The position numbers and the translations under genes were made by a program. The notes beneath the pieces were generated by a model. The model was not told where the DNA came from, did no database searches, and saw only the letters and a program-made list of their open reading frames with translations. From an uncultured archaeon (GTDB lineage: Archaea; Thermoproteota; EX4484-205; JAAOZP01), in NCBI GenBank assembly GCA_938045545.1, contig CALIBN010000007.1, forward strand, positions 16,073 to 80,072: a stretch of DNA of 64,000 bases, written 5' to 3'. The stretch's first letter is position 1, and every line of letters starts with the position of its first letter. Positions 8,594-17,978 of this stretch are shown one piece after another.

Positions 8594-9709
8594 ATGTTCT
8601 TTAAAGAGGATTGGGCTGAGGCTAAGGAACGGCTCTCAGCCTGGTGGGAAAAAGATGCTTTAGACAGACCAATTATACAAGTTTACGCTCCTCGAAGCAG
8701 CCCAAAGTATGCTTCTGAAGAGGATTTGAAGTTCAACTATGATCACTGGGGGTTTCCCAGAAACATTAAGGATCCTGCCGCTATAAGTGGAAACATAAAG
8801 GGTTTTCGTAGGCAGTGCGCGGAAACATATTACGGGGGGGAAGCCTATCCGAACCTTTGGGTAAACCTGGGCGCCGGTGTTCTCGGGGCATACTTGGGTG
8901 CAGAACCGGTCCTGGAGAGTGAAACAGTATGGTTTGGAGCGCAGAGAAATAATGCGCTTGGGAAAAGCTGGGAGGAGTTGCGCCAATTAGAGTTTGATCA
9001 CAGTAACGAGTGGTGGATATTTACGAAGAGAATAACTGAGGCTGCTTCTGAAACCTTGGCGGGATACAGCATTGTCGGCATGACCGACCTGGGAGGAATA
9101 CTGGACGTCGCCGCCTCGCTGCGAGGCGCCGAAAACCTTATTGTCGACCTTACTAGGAATCCTCGAGATGTTAAATCACTATCTTCGAAAATCATAGACT
9201 ACTGGCACGCCTGTTACGACGAGTTGGACAGGATTATAAGAAGGAGAATAGAGGGTACTTCCGCCTGGATGGGCATATGGTGTCCTGAAAGATGGTACCC
9301 GATACAGTGTGATTTCGCCTTCATGCTTTCTCCGAGGCTTTTCGACGAGTTCGTTCTGCCTCATGTTAAAGAGCAGTGTGAAAGGCTTGACCGGGCGATA
9401 TACCATCTCGACGGCCCTGGGGAAATACCGCATCTAGACTCTCTGCTTAAAGTTGAGAGGCTGGATGGCATCCAGTGGGTACCGGGTGCGGGGGAAGAGC
9501 AACAGGGGAACGACTGTGGATCCCCAAAATGGATGCCTCTTTACAAGAAGATCTTGGAAGCCGGGAAGCTTCTTGTGTTGTACATGCCCAGGGAAAAGGT
9601 GATTCCGATGCTTAAGGCGCTTGGCTCTAAGAAAGTATTAATCCAGACTTTCTGCATCAGTGAAGCAGAAGCTAAAAAGCTGGTGGTTGAGGCTGAAAAC
9701 TCGCTGTGA
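8594..9709 (+). CDS. Uroporphyrinogen decarboxylase (URO-D)-like family protein, possible methylcobamide methyltransferase (MtaA/CmuA-like); distant
   Basis: The N-terminal pattern ERLSAWWEKDALDRPIIQV parallels the URO-D/MtaA (E/D)RLLAAL…DRVPV motif. The 371-aa length fits the TIM-barrel fold. It is divergent from ramA in the mta locus. Confidence 0.4.
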   Translation: MFFKEDWAEAKERLSAWWEKDALDRPIIQVYAPRSSPKYASEEDLKFNYDHWGFPRNIKDPAAISGNIKGFRRQCAETYYGGEAYPNLWVNLGAGVLGAYLGAEPVLESETVWFGAQRNNALGKSWEELRQLEFDHSNEWWIFTKRITEAASETLAGYSIVGMTDLGGILDVAASLRGAENLIVDLTRNPRDVKSLSSKIIDYWHACYDELDRIIRRRIEGTSAWMGIWCPERWYPIQCDFAFMLSPRLFDEFVLPHVKEQCERLDRAIYHLDGPGEIPHLDSLLKVERLDGIQWVPGAGEEQQGNDCGSPKWMPLYKKILEAGKLLVLYMPREKVIPMLKALGSKKVLIQTFCISEAEAKKLVVEAENSL

Positions 9710-9787
9710 GCGTGTGGGCCGACATGAAAAAATGTTTCACACGGTAAGTGGTTCCTTCGAATTTTAAAAGCTTGAAGCAAAGCTTGG

Positions 9788-11590
9788 TTATTTTGCTTTT
9801 ATTTCAGGAGCTGCGCCGAACTGAAGCTCGTATAGCTTAGCATACGCACCACCCTTCTTCATAAGCTCCTCATGAGTCCCCTCCTCAACTATTCTTCCGT
9901 TCTCTAAGAACAATATTCTATGTGCAAGCTTAACTGTGGAAAGCCTGTGGGCAATTATTATGCATGTTCTTCCCTTCATAAGCTTAACCATGGCTTTCTG
10001 GAGGAGCGACTCAGTGTAGGAGTCCAAGCTGCTCGTCGCCTCATCCAGTATGAGGATCCTCGGATCCTTAAGCATGGCTCTTGCGAAGCTTATGAGCTGT
10101 CTTTCCCCGAGCGAAAGGTTTCCCCCTCCGGGGGACACTACTGTCTCATACTTCTGCGGCATCCTGTCTATCAATTCGTCTAAGCCAAGTTCCGAAGCCA
10201 CTCTCTTAACATCTTCATCGGAAGCCTCCGTGTTGCCCAGCCTTATGTTCTCCAGAATAGTTCCGTTAAACAGGACTGGTTCCTGCGGCACCAGAGCCAC
10301 CTGTTTCCTGAGGGATTTAAAGGAGAATTCCTTAACATTATAATCGTCTATAAGAACTTCGCCTGACTTGGGGTCATAAAGCCTCAGTATGAGGTTCGTT
10401 AAGGTTGTTTTACCTGCTCCTGTTGGGCCAACTACAGCAACTATCTCACCCGGATCGACTTGTAGGCTCAACCCTTGGAAAACAGTGTTCCCATCGTAGT
10501 CGAAGTGAACATTCTTCAACTCTATTCTACCGGCTTTTATCTCGATCCATCTCGCTTCTTTAGACTCTACAACACTGGGCTTCACCTGTAGGAAAAGGTA
10601 GACTCTTTCAGCAGCCGCTAAGGCCGCCTGCAACGTGCTGTAGAAGGTTGTTAGAGTGATTATGGGCCTGTAGAACATTTCAGCATATCCGTAGAATGCG
10701 ATTAGAATGCCGATGCTGATTTCCCCGGAGACCACTAGGCTTCCCCCGTAAAGTATCAATATCACATAGGAAAGAGTTCTAACAGCGTCGAGCGAAGGCC
10801 TAATCATCGCGAAAACTATCCTCGCCCTAAGGTTTGTCCTCATCGTTTCAGCGCTAAGCTTGTCGAAAGAAGCGATGTCGACGTTTCTTCTCTCCGCGAA
10901 TGATTGGGAGACCCTTGAACCCGAGACGCTTTGCTCAACGCTGCTAGTCAACTCGCTAAGCTTTTCCCTGCTTTGCCTGTATGCCTGTCTTGTTTTGATT
11001 GCGAAATACCTTGAGAGAAACAGCATTAAAGGCACTACGGTGAGTGTAGCTAGGCTTAGCCCCACGTGTAGGGTGAACATGACGTACAGTGAGCCGAGGA
11101 GTGTTGCCGAGCCTATCATTGCTTCTATCGTTCCCGAGGTTGTTACTTCTCCGATAGAACTTATGTCGTTTATTATAAGTGAAATGATTTTACCGGTTCT
11201 CTCAACGTTAACGTGCGCGATATCCATTTCCTCCATGTGTTTAAAGACGGTGCTTCTCATGCTGTAAAGAAGCCTCTGGTTTATCCTGCCAGTCAAGTTG
11301 CCTCTGGCGAAACCTAAAAACCATCCTCCTGCAGCAATCCCCACCAGCACGAGGACATATTTCATCAAGGCGTCTGGATTACCCTGCATAATGCCTTCGT
11401 CTATCAGAAGCCTGCTAACGTATGGGCTCACTACATTAACCCCTATTGAGGCCAGTGCTACGATCACAAGCATGATTGCCTGGAGCTTCATAGGGGTTAA
11501 CCACCGTAGGAGCCACGCGACGAGCTTTCTGGACGCTATTTCCCTAGGCTTCCCCTCGGCCTCAGCAGCTTGACGGAAATGCCAACCCAT
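9788..11590 (-). CDS. ABC exporter half-transporter (fused permease + ATPase)
   Basis: Six-TM permease domain followed by Walker A GPTGAGKTT, signature LSLGERQ and Walker B ILILDEATSSLD. Length is 600 aa. Confidence 0.85.
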   Translation of the reverse strand: MGWHFRQAAEAEGKPREIASRKLVAWLLRWLTPMKLQAIMLVIVALASIGVNVVSPYVSRLLIDEGIMQGNPDALMKYVLVLVGIAAGGWFLGFARGNLTGRINQRLLYSMRSTVFKHMEEMDIAHVNVERTGKIISLIINDISSIGEVTTSGTIEAMIGSATLLGSLYVMFTLHVGLSLATLTVVPLMLFLSRYFAIKTRQAYRQSREKLSELTSSVEQSVSGSRVSQSFAERRNVDIASFDKLSAETMRTNLRARIVFAMIRPSLDAVRTLSYVILILYGGSLVVSGEISIGILIAFYGYAEMFYRPIITLTTFYSTLQAALAAAERVYLFLQVKPSVVESKEARWIEIKAGRIELKNVHFDYDGNTVFQGLSLQVDPGEIVAVVGPTGAGKTTLTNLILRLYDPKSGEVLIDDYNVKEFSFKSLRKQVALVPQEPVLFNGTILENIRLGNTEASDEDVKRVASELGLDELIDRMPQKYETVVSPGGGNLSLGERQLISFARAMLKDPRILILDEATSSLDSYTESLLQKAMVKLMKGRTCIIIAHRLSTVKLAHRILFLENGRIVEEGTHEELMKKGGAYAKLYELQFGAAPEIKAK

Positions 11591-11591
11591 C

Positions 11592-13352
11592 CTATGGCTT
11601 CACCTCCTGAAAAGCGTACTGTGAAACATACAGCTTAGCGTAGACTCCTCCTTTACTCATGAGTTCCTCATGAGTCCCGTCCTCAACCACCTTGCCGTCT
11701 TCAATAACAATTATTCTTTCGCTGAGTTTAAGCGTTGAAAGCCTCTGAGTGACTATGAAGACGGTCTTGTTCTTAACGAGTTCCCTCAGCGATTCGTATA
11801 TTTCCTTTTCTGTCTCAACATCCACGCTTGAAGTTGAATCGTCCAGAATCAGTATTGAAGGGTTTACGAGGAGGGCTCGGGCAATAGCCAGCCTCTGTCT
11901 CTGCCCTCCTGAAAGAGTAACTCCTCTCTCGCCTATAACAGTATCATATCCTTTCGGAAGGCTGGTTATGAAGTCGTGTATTCTCGCCGCCTTCGCCGCC
12001 CTCTCTATTTCGTCCCGCGTAGCGTCAGGCTTACCGTAAGCAATGTTCTCCCTAATAGTTGTGGGGAATAGGAAAACGTCTTGATGAACTATGCCTATGT
12101 TCTTCCTGAGCGAGCTTATCTTTACTTCTCTAATATCCACGCCATCTATCATGATGCAGCCCTCCTGAGGATCGTAAAACCTTGGAATCAGCTTGATCAC
12201 AGTGCTTTTCCCGGAGCCGGTTGCCCCCACTAAAGCCACTTTCTCCCCTGGCTTAACTGTAAAACTCATCCCCTTAAGTATCGGCTTATCCTTATCGTAG
12301 CCGAACACCACATCCTTAAAACATACTTCTCCTCTAACGTTTTTCAGCTCTATTGCACCAGGCTTCTCCTTAACCTCGGGCTCAGTATCGAGGACTTCAA
12401 ATATTCTTCGCGCTGACACCATTGCCTCCGCGTATCTCGACAATACGAATCCTATCGACATTATCGGCCAGACGAGCATGCCTAGGTACATCGTGAAGGT
12501 GACGAGCTGCCCCAGGCTGATCTCGCCCATAATAGCCTGGAAGCCGCCATACCAGTATACAACTGCAGAGCCGACTCCGATTATCAACCCTAGCGAAGGC
12601 CATGTTAGCGAGCTAAGGAGAACGCTTCTCATGCCTATGCTGAATATTTCCTTGTTTTTCACCTCAAACCTTTTAAACATCTCTTCTTCTGCGCCCAGAG
12701 TCTTCAAAACCTTAAATCCTGAAACGGTTTCCTGAATCATCGCGCTCATCCCGCTTGTCTCCATCCAAATCCTTTCGAACAGGGGTCTTACAAAGCGGTT
12801 GAAAGATAGGGAAACAATGCCTATGAAAGGCGTTATTGCCAGCGCTATTAATGCTAGGCTTAAGTTGGTTGTTAAAAGTATTGTGACGACTATTATCAGA
12901 ATGGCTACGGAGCCTATGATGTTTGGAAGCGCGAAACCGAGTAGTCTACCTATGTTCTCCGTGTCCCTTGTAACCCTGGTTATTATTTGCCCGGAGTCAA
13001 CCCTGTCGTAGAAGCTGTACGATAAATCCTGAAGATGGCGGTAAATGCTTATTCTAATCCTGTAGACTATTCTCTGAGCTAAGGATTCACTTAAATACTC
13101 GTTCAGGAAAGATATCCCACCGGCTAAAAGCGTCAGGACCATTATTGCCGCCGCGTAAAACCATAATTCTGACAATGCTTTTACGATAGTTATGTCGATA
13201 ACCCTCCCTGCAATGATTGGGCTAACTATGTTCACTAAGGCTCCTAGTATGATCATGGTTAATGTTAATGGTAGCAGGGTTTTTTCCTGCCTAATGTATC
13301 CGAGAATTCTCAGGAAGGGATGTCGGCTACTACTGGGCATTTTTGAAACCAC
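11592..13352 (-). CDS. ABC exporter half-transporter (fused permease + ATPase), partner of 9788..11590
   Basis: Walker A GATGSGKST, signature LSGGQRQR and Walker B LILDDSTSSVD. Its start lies 2 nt from the downstream gene, as expected for a heterodimer pair. Confidence 0.85.
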   Translation of the reverse strand: MVSKMPSSSRHPFLRILGYIRQEKTLLPLTLTMIILGALVNIVSPIIAGRVIDITIVKALSELWFYAAAIMVLTLLAGGISFLNEYLSESLAQRIVYRIRISIYRHLQDLSYSFYDRVDSGQIITRVTRDTENIGRLLGFALPNIIGSVAILIIVVTILLTTNLSLALIALAITPFIGIVSLSFNRFVRPLFERIWMETSGMSAMIQETVSGFKVLKTLGAEEEMFKRFEVKNKEIFSIGMRSVLLSSLTWPSLGLIIGVGSAVVYWYGGFQAIMGEISLGQLVTFTMYLGMLVWPIMSIGFVLSRYAEAMVSARRIFEVLDTEPEVKEKPGAIELKNVRGEVCFKDVVFGYDKDKPILKGMSFTVKPGEKVALVGATGSGKSTVIKLIPRFYDPQEGCIMIDGVDIREVKISSLRKNIGIVHQDVFLFPTTIRENIAYGKPDATRDEIERAAKAARIHDFITSLPKGYDTVIGERGVTLSGGQRQRLAIARALLVNPSILILDDSTSSVDVETEKEIYESLRELVKNKTVFIVTQRLSTLKLSERIIVIEDGKVVEDGTHEELMSKGGVYAKLYVSQYAFQEVKP

Positions 13353-13452
13353 TTCGTGTAAAACTATTTAAAAGTTACTGAGACGCTGGTTACGTGCACT
13401 ATGTTTTGATTGAAGGTGTGCCAGTGACGCATGACGAGGGTTTTAAAGGATT

Positions 13453-13968
13453 TTAAGTCACCGTTTCAAGAAGCACCCTGCTCCGCTCATCGACTTTATT
13501 AATGTCCTCAACTATGTAAACATTATCATTAATATCGATAATCACGATCTTCTCCCCAGATCTGCTTACGCTTCTCCTTCCCCTTGTTCTGAACTCCCTC
13601 AATCCTCTATCCGTCTCAACATGCCATATGAACTCGTCTCCACTTGTCTCCAACTTCCTAACTCTTCGGATCACAGGCATGAAGTAGAGCTTCCCTAAAA
13701 CTTCTTCAAGAGTTCTCCGCGAAAAACCGTCCATCTTCCTGTAGTCCTCTACTACGCATATCTCGTTTCCCTGAGCATCGGTGAATATCAGGAAATACGG
13801 GTTGCTTATGGGGAAAGGCTTCTTAGGAATCACCTCGAGAAATTCCCCGTTGCTTCCCACTATCTTCACCGTGTTCGCCCTATCCCCCTTGAAGACCCTT
13901 ATCTGCTCCGCGTTCACGACCCATGTCTTGCTCAGAAAGCTTTCAAGCAACGGCAACCTGTTTCTCAC
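13453..13968 (-). CDS. DUF1854-like small cytoplasmic protein associated with ABC exporters
   Basis: A 171-aa soluble protein encoded between ABC exporter genes. The assignment to DUF1854 rests on recollection of this ABC-neighbourhood family. It overlaps the 3' end of the upstream ORF by 26 nt, so the true start may be a later Met. Confidence 0.35.
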   Translation of the reverse strand: MRNRLPLLESFLSKTWVVNAEQIRVFKGDRANTVKIVGSNGEFLEVIPKKPFPISNPYFLIFTDAQGNEICVVEDYRKMDGFSRRTLEEVLGKLYFMPVIRRVRKLETSGDEFIWHVETDRGLREFRTRGRRSVSRSGEKIVIIDINDNVYIVEDINKVDERSRVLLETVT

Positions 13969-16234
13969 CCTCCGTAAACTGCGCCCTATATATTTTAGCG
14001 TATAACCCGTTCAGCCTTAAAAGCTCGTCATGGGTCCCGATTTCAACGATCCTGCCCTTATCCATCACCACTATCTTATTCGATCTTTGAAGGGTTGAGA
14101 GCCTATGTGCAATCACTATCGTTGTTCTCTCCTTAGAAATATTGTCTAAGGCCTGCTGTATCTGCCTCTCTGCCAACGTGTCCACCGAAGAAGTCGCCTC
14201 GTCCATTATTAGGATCTTGGGCTCAAGGATTATTGCCCTAGCTATAGCGATCCTCTGCCTCTCTCCTCCTGAAAGCCTAGATCCCCTCTCTCCAACAGGT
14301 GAATCATACGCTAAGGGGAGGTTCATTATTGTCTCATGAATATTCGCAGCCTTCGCAGCCGCTATCACCTTCTTCAAATCCACCTTCTCAAGACCGTATG
14401 TTATGTTGAACAACACGGAGTTGTCGAATAGAAACGGGTCTTGAGCGACTATCCCTATGCTCTTCCTCAATCTTTCCAGCTTGATTTTCCTGATGTCGAC
14501 ACCGTCTATAAGAATCCTGCCCTCGTTCACGTCGTAAAACCTTAACAGTAGTTTAGTCAGAGTCGTCTTCCCTGAGCCGCTTTGCCCGACTATTCCAACC
14601 ATCTCTCCTTTCCTGATTTCAAGGTTTATGTTTTTCAAAACAGGGATGAAGGGTTCATACCCGAAGGTAACATTTTCGAACTTTATGTCCCCCATTATCT
14701 CGAAATCCTTAGCGTCAGGAGCGTCTTTCACAGCAGGGTCAATCCTCAGTATTTCAAGGATTCGTTCTCCAGAAGTTATTGCCTGCTGCAATGGTTCGGC
14801 AAGGTTTGTCACTGTTTGAATCGGCCCGTAGAACATCCACATGTAGCTAACGAACGCTACAAGCGTGCCTGGAGATATGTCTCCGCTGATGACGTGTAAT
14901 CCGCCGACATACCAAACTATCGCAGCTCCTGCGGAGCTTACGAAGCCCAAGATTGGGAAAAAGCCAAGATGTAGCCTCGTTATGTCAAGATTCGCCCTCA
15001 CCACTTCATTCATTCTTTCAGTAAACCTATTAACTTCACCTTTTTCCCTAGCAAAAGACTTCACAACAGATATTCCAGGTATCGTGTCTACGAGTAGAGA
15101 ACTAACGTCCGCCCATTTTCTCCAGGCTTTATGGTAGACAAGCCTAGCTTTAGACCTGAATCGTGGGAGTCCAAGCATTATGAGCGGTAGAGGCAATAGT
15201 GCGAAAAGAGACAACCTATAGTCCATTGTGAATATTATGATGCCTATTCCAATTATTGAGAGAACGTTAATTATCAGGCTTGGTATTCCCCACACTAAGA
15301 ACCATTGGACTCTCCCAATATCATCAGTAATCCTTGAAATAACTCTGCCAGTGCTCATCTTGTCGTAGAAAGACATTGAGAGCTCCTGCACGTGGCTATA
15401 CAGGTCTCTCCTCATTTCATACACCAGTTTCTGGCTTAGCAGTGAAAGCGAATAGTTTTGAAGTATTCCAAGCAGAGTGTTCAACGCATAAATGGTTATT
15501 AAGAGGATAGTCAGGTTTAGCAGCGTGGCCTCCTGTTTCTGAGCGGCTATCTGGTCTATGAGTGTCCTAAGCAGGGAAGGAGGAACTAGGTTTAAGCCTG
15601 TTATAACGACGGATAGGGTTAAACCAGTTAAGACCAGGTACCAGTGAGGCTTGAGATAGGACATGAGCCATATTATGGCGTTCCTCTTACTCTTCCCATT
15701 GTTTTCAAGGTAGAGTTTGAATTCTATTTCCCGGGGGTCCCTATACTGGAGAAGCGCGTTTATCACGCCAGCCGCATGCCTGAACTCGCCTACTTTATCT
15801 CTTGAAAACCTTGCCAAGGAAAACTCTTTACCATCAACAATTAGGATGAGCTCGCTGTTTCCAAGATAATCGTTAAAGACTACCTGCGTAGCCTTCTTGA
15901 TTTCCAGTTCTACAATTTTATTCCCATATTCCACGTCTATCTTCAACACCCGTTCGTTCGTAACTATTAAGAGGTATGTTGAGAAACTACCGTCTTCACC
16001 AAGGTCGCCTTTCGCAACTGATAAAACCATCTCCCCTGGCTTAAGCGATTTTTCAATCAGCATTCTTTCTTTCTCGCTCAGCTTTTCCAGCAGGATTCTA
16101 TGGGCTTCGTCATCCCCCAACGTCAGAAGCGTGCACCGGAACGATTCTCTATTTAAGGCTTTTTGATTTACTGATGTAAAAAGTTGTTTGGGGACTACAT
16201 ATAGAATCTTTATATAACGCTGATGGATAACCAC
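13943..16234 (-). CDS. ABC exporter half-transporter with N-terminal ~190-aa PH-like (bPH) extension
   Basis: C-terminal Walker A GQSGSGKTT, signature LSGGERQR and Walker B LIMDEATSSVD follow a six-TM domain. The N-terminal segment GEMVLSVAKGD…YLLIVTNERVLKIDVEY resembles bacterial PH-like domains. Confidence 0.8.
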   Translation of the reverse strand: MVIHQRYIKILYVVPKQLFTSVNQKALNRESFRCTLLTLGDDEAHRILLEKLSEKERMLIEKSLKPGEMVLSVAKGDLGEDGSFSTYLLIVTNERVLKIDVEYGNKIVELEIKKATQVVFNDYLGNSELILIVDGKEFSLARFSRDKVGEFRHAAGVINALLQYRDPREIEFKLYLENNGKSKRNAIIWLMSYLKPHWYLVLTGLTLSVVITGLNLVPPSLLRTLIDQIAAQKQEATLLNLTILLITIYALNTLLGILQNYSLSLLSQKLVYEMRRDLYSHVQELSMSFYDKMSTGRVISRITDDIGRVQWFLVWGIPSLIINVLSIIGIGIIIFTMDYRLSLFALLPLPLIMLGLPRFRSKARLVYHKAWRKWADVSSLLVDTIPGISVVKSFAREKGEVNRFTERMNEVVRANLDITRLHLGFFPILGFVSSAGAAIVWYVGGLHVISGDISPGTLVAFVSYMWMFYGPIQTVTNLAEPLQQAITSGERILEILRIDPAVKDAPDAKDFEIMGDIKFENVTFGYEPFIPVLKNINLEIRKGEMVGIVGQSGSGKTTLTKLLLRFYDVNEGRILIDGVDIRKIKLERLRKSIGIVAQDPFLFDNSVLFNITYGLEKVDLKKVIAAAKAANIHETIMNLPLAYDSPVGERGSRLSGGERQRIAIARAIILEPKILIMDEATSSVDTLAERQIQQALDNISKERTTIVIAHRLSTLQRSNKIVVMDKGRIVEIGTHDELLRLNGLYAKIYRAQFTEGEKQVAVA
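16206..16218 (+). promoter_or_regulatory. Putative TATA box for the MscS gene
   Basis: tctttatataacg lies about 26–36 nt upstream of the ATG at 16242. Confidence 0.3.
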
Positions 16235-16241
16235 TGGCTAC

Positions 16242-17222
16242 ATGAGAAGCTTTAAGACGATGGGACTAGTCTTAGCTATACTTGTAATTCTATTATTATT
16301 TGTGATTTACGGCAGGACGGTAATTCCTTTCCTGCCTCCTATTTTCACCATAGAAGTTGAGCCTGCAGCCATTATCCAAGCCGCGCTGGTTGCAGCTGGT
16401 GTCTACATAACTTACGTTATACTATCCTACATGATTTCCTCCACCATAATACGTGCGGGAGGGAAACGCGGGGATGTGAAAATGCTGACGAATTTTCTGC
16501 GTTCAATCATATTTTTCATCGGAATCCTGTTGATCGCAAGCATTTTCACCGGAGGCGGCTTGACCTTCGCCACCGCGCTCGGAGCATTCGGAGGAATGTT
16601 CCTAGGATGGTCGCTGCAGCAGCCGGTCACCGGGCTCGCAGCATGGTTTCTGATAAACATAAGGCGCCCGTTTAAAGTCGGCGACCGTATTTTCCTACCA
16701 GCATGGGGCCTTATAGGCGATGTTCTAGACGTTGGAATGATGTACACGACTCTGAACCAGGTCGGCGGCACTATAGGAAGCGAGGAGCCGTCTGGAAGGA
16801 GAATCCTAATACCTAACGCTATACTCTTTTCAAACGTCATAATAAACTATACGAGCGAGATCAAGACAACTCAACCATACATACTGGATGAGGTCGTTGT
16901 GAGGATAACCTACGATTCAGACTGGGAGGAGGCGGAGAGGATAATGAAGATGGTTGCAACAGAGGTGACTCCAGACATAATAAAGGAGACTGGTGTAGAG
17001 CCCTATGTAAGATCTGATTTCTACGATTACGGCGTATACCTTAGGCTTAGGTATATGACTCTTGCTGTTGACCGCCCGAGGATAGCGCACGAAATAAACA
17101 GGAGGATATTCGAAGAGTTCCAGAAGAATGAGAAGGTGGACTTCGCGATCCCATTCATATACTCCTACAAGAAGGGTGAGAAGGCCTTTAGAACCCTTGG
17201 AGACTCTGAGGTCCCGTCTTAA
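16242..17222 (+). CDS. Mechanosensitive ion channel, MscS family
   Basis: N-terminal TM helices, then the conserved MscS beta-domain region GDRIFLPAWGLIGDVLDVGMMYTTL. A TATA-like box ctttatata lies about 26 nt upstream. Confidence 0.7.
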   Translation: MRSFKTMGLVLAILVILLLFVIYGRTVIPFLPPIFTIEVEPAAIIQAALVAAGVYITYVILSYMISSTIIRAGGKRGDVKMLTNFLRSIIFFIGILLIASIFTGGGLTFATALGAFGGMFLGWSLQQPVTGLAAWFLINIRRPFKVGDRIFLPAWGLIGDVLDVGMMYTTLNQVGGTIGSEEPSGRRILIPNAILFSNVIINYTSEIKTTQPYILDEVVVRITYDSDWEEAERIMKMVATEVTPDIIKETGVEPYVRSDFYDYGVYLRLRYMTLAVDRPRIAHEINRRIFEEFQKNEKVDFAIPFIYSYKKGEKAFRTLGDSEVPS

Positions 17223-17249
17223 AGCTTTTAACCCGGAAACCAGAAAAAT

Positions 17250-17978
17250 ATGCGTGAGACATTGAATTACAGGGAGTTCATCAGAAAGGGTTTGCACTTA
17301 GTTCTTTCACTGATACTGCTTTTACCGTTCGCGCTGAGCCATTTCGAAATAACTTTTAACGCTTCGGTTTTCTACGCGATCTTAAGCATAGTGGCCCTGA
17401 CTCTGAATGCAATCCAGATTAAACGGCCTCTCTTAAGGAGTGAGGTTAAGAGCTTCATGAGGGAGAGGAGGGAGAAATTCTTCAACGATATCAGAAACTA
17501 TATCCCTTTGAAAAGCAGGGTTACCAGTCAGGTTGTAGACAGGATTGAGGAGAAGATCCGCGGGGTAGAGGACCTTATAGACCACCAGTTGACGACTCTT
17601 GAGAGAGACTATGAGAAGAGAGGCGGATACATAGGTTTAACCTACGGGGTCCTCGGCGTAACCCTGTCCTACTTCCTATTTGAAAAGTACGCGTTCTACG
17701 GGGTTATTTCCCTAGCGACTACTGATGCTGTAGCGACCCTGGTGGGTGGGCTGAGGGGTGCTCACAGGCTTCCTTTAACAAGTAAGACTTTTGAGGGAAG
17801 CGTTTCAGGCTTCGCAACCTTTTTCACTGTTTTAATTTTAACGGGTGTTTCCCCACTCGCCTCGTTTATTCTCTCAACAGTGGCTGCAGTGGTTGAGGCT
17901 TACACGGTGGAGGATAATCTGCTCCTGCCGATAGCTGTGTCCTTCCTGTCAACATTCATCGTTAAAGGGTTTCCTTGA
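17250..17978 (+). CDS. Dolichol kinase / CTP-dependent polyprenol kinase (SEC59/DUF92-like) family membrane protein
   Basis: Polytopic membrane protein. The C-terminal motif DAVATLVGGLRGAHRLPLTSKTFEGSVSGF matches the polyprenol kinase D..A..vG…KT.EGS signature. Confidence 0.45.
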   Translation: MRETLNYREFIRKGLHLVLSLILLLPFALSHFEITFNASVFYAILSIVALTLNAIQIKRPLLRSEVKSFMRERREKFFNDIRNYIPLKSRVTSQVVDRIEEKIRGVEDLIDHQLTTLERDYEKRGGYIGLTYGVLGVTLSYFLFEKYAFYGVISLATTDAVATLVGGLRGAHRLPLTSKTFEGSVSGFATFFTVLILTGVSPLASFILSTVAAVVEAYTVEDNLLLPIAVSFLSTFIVKGFP

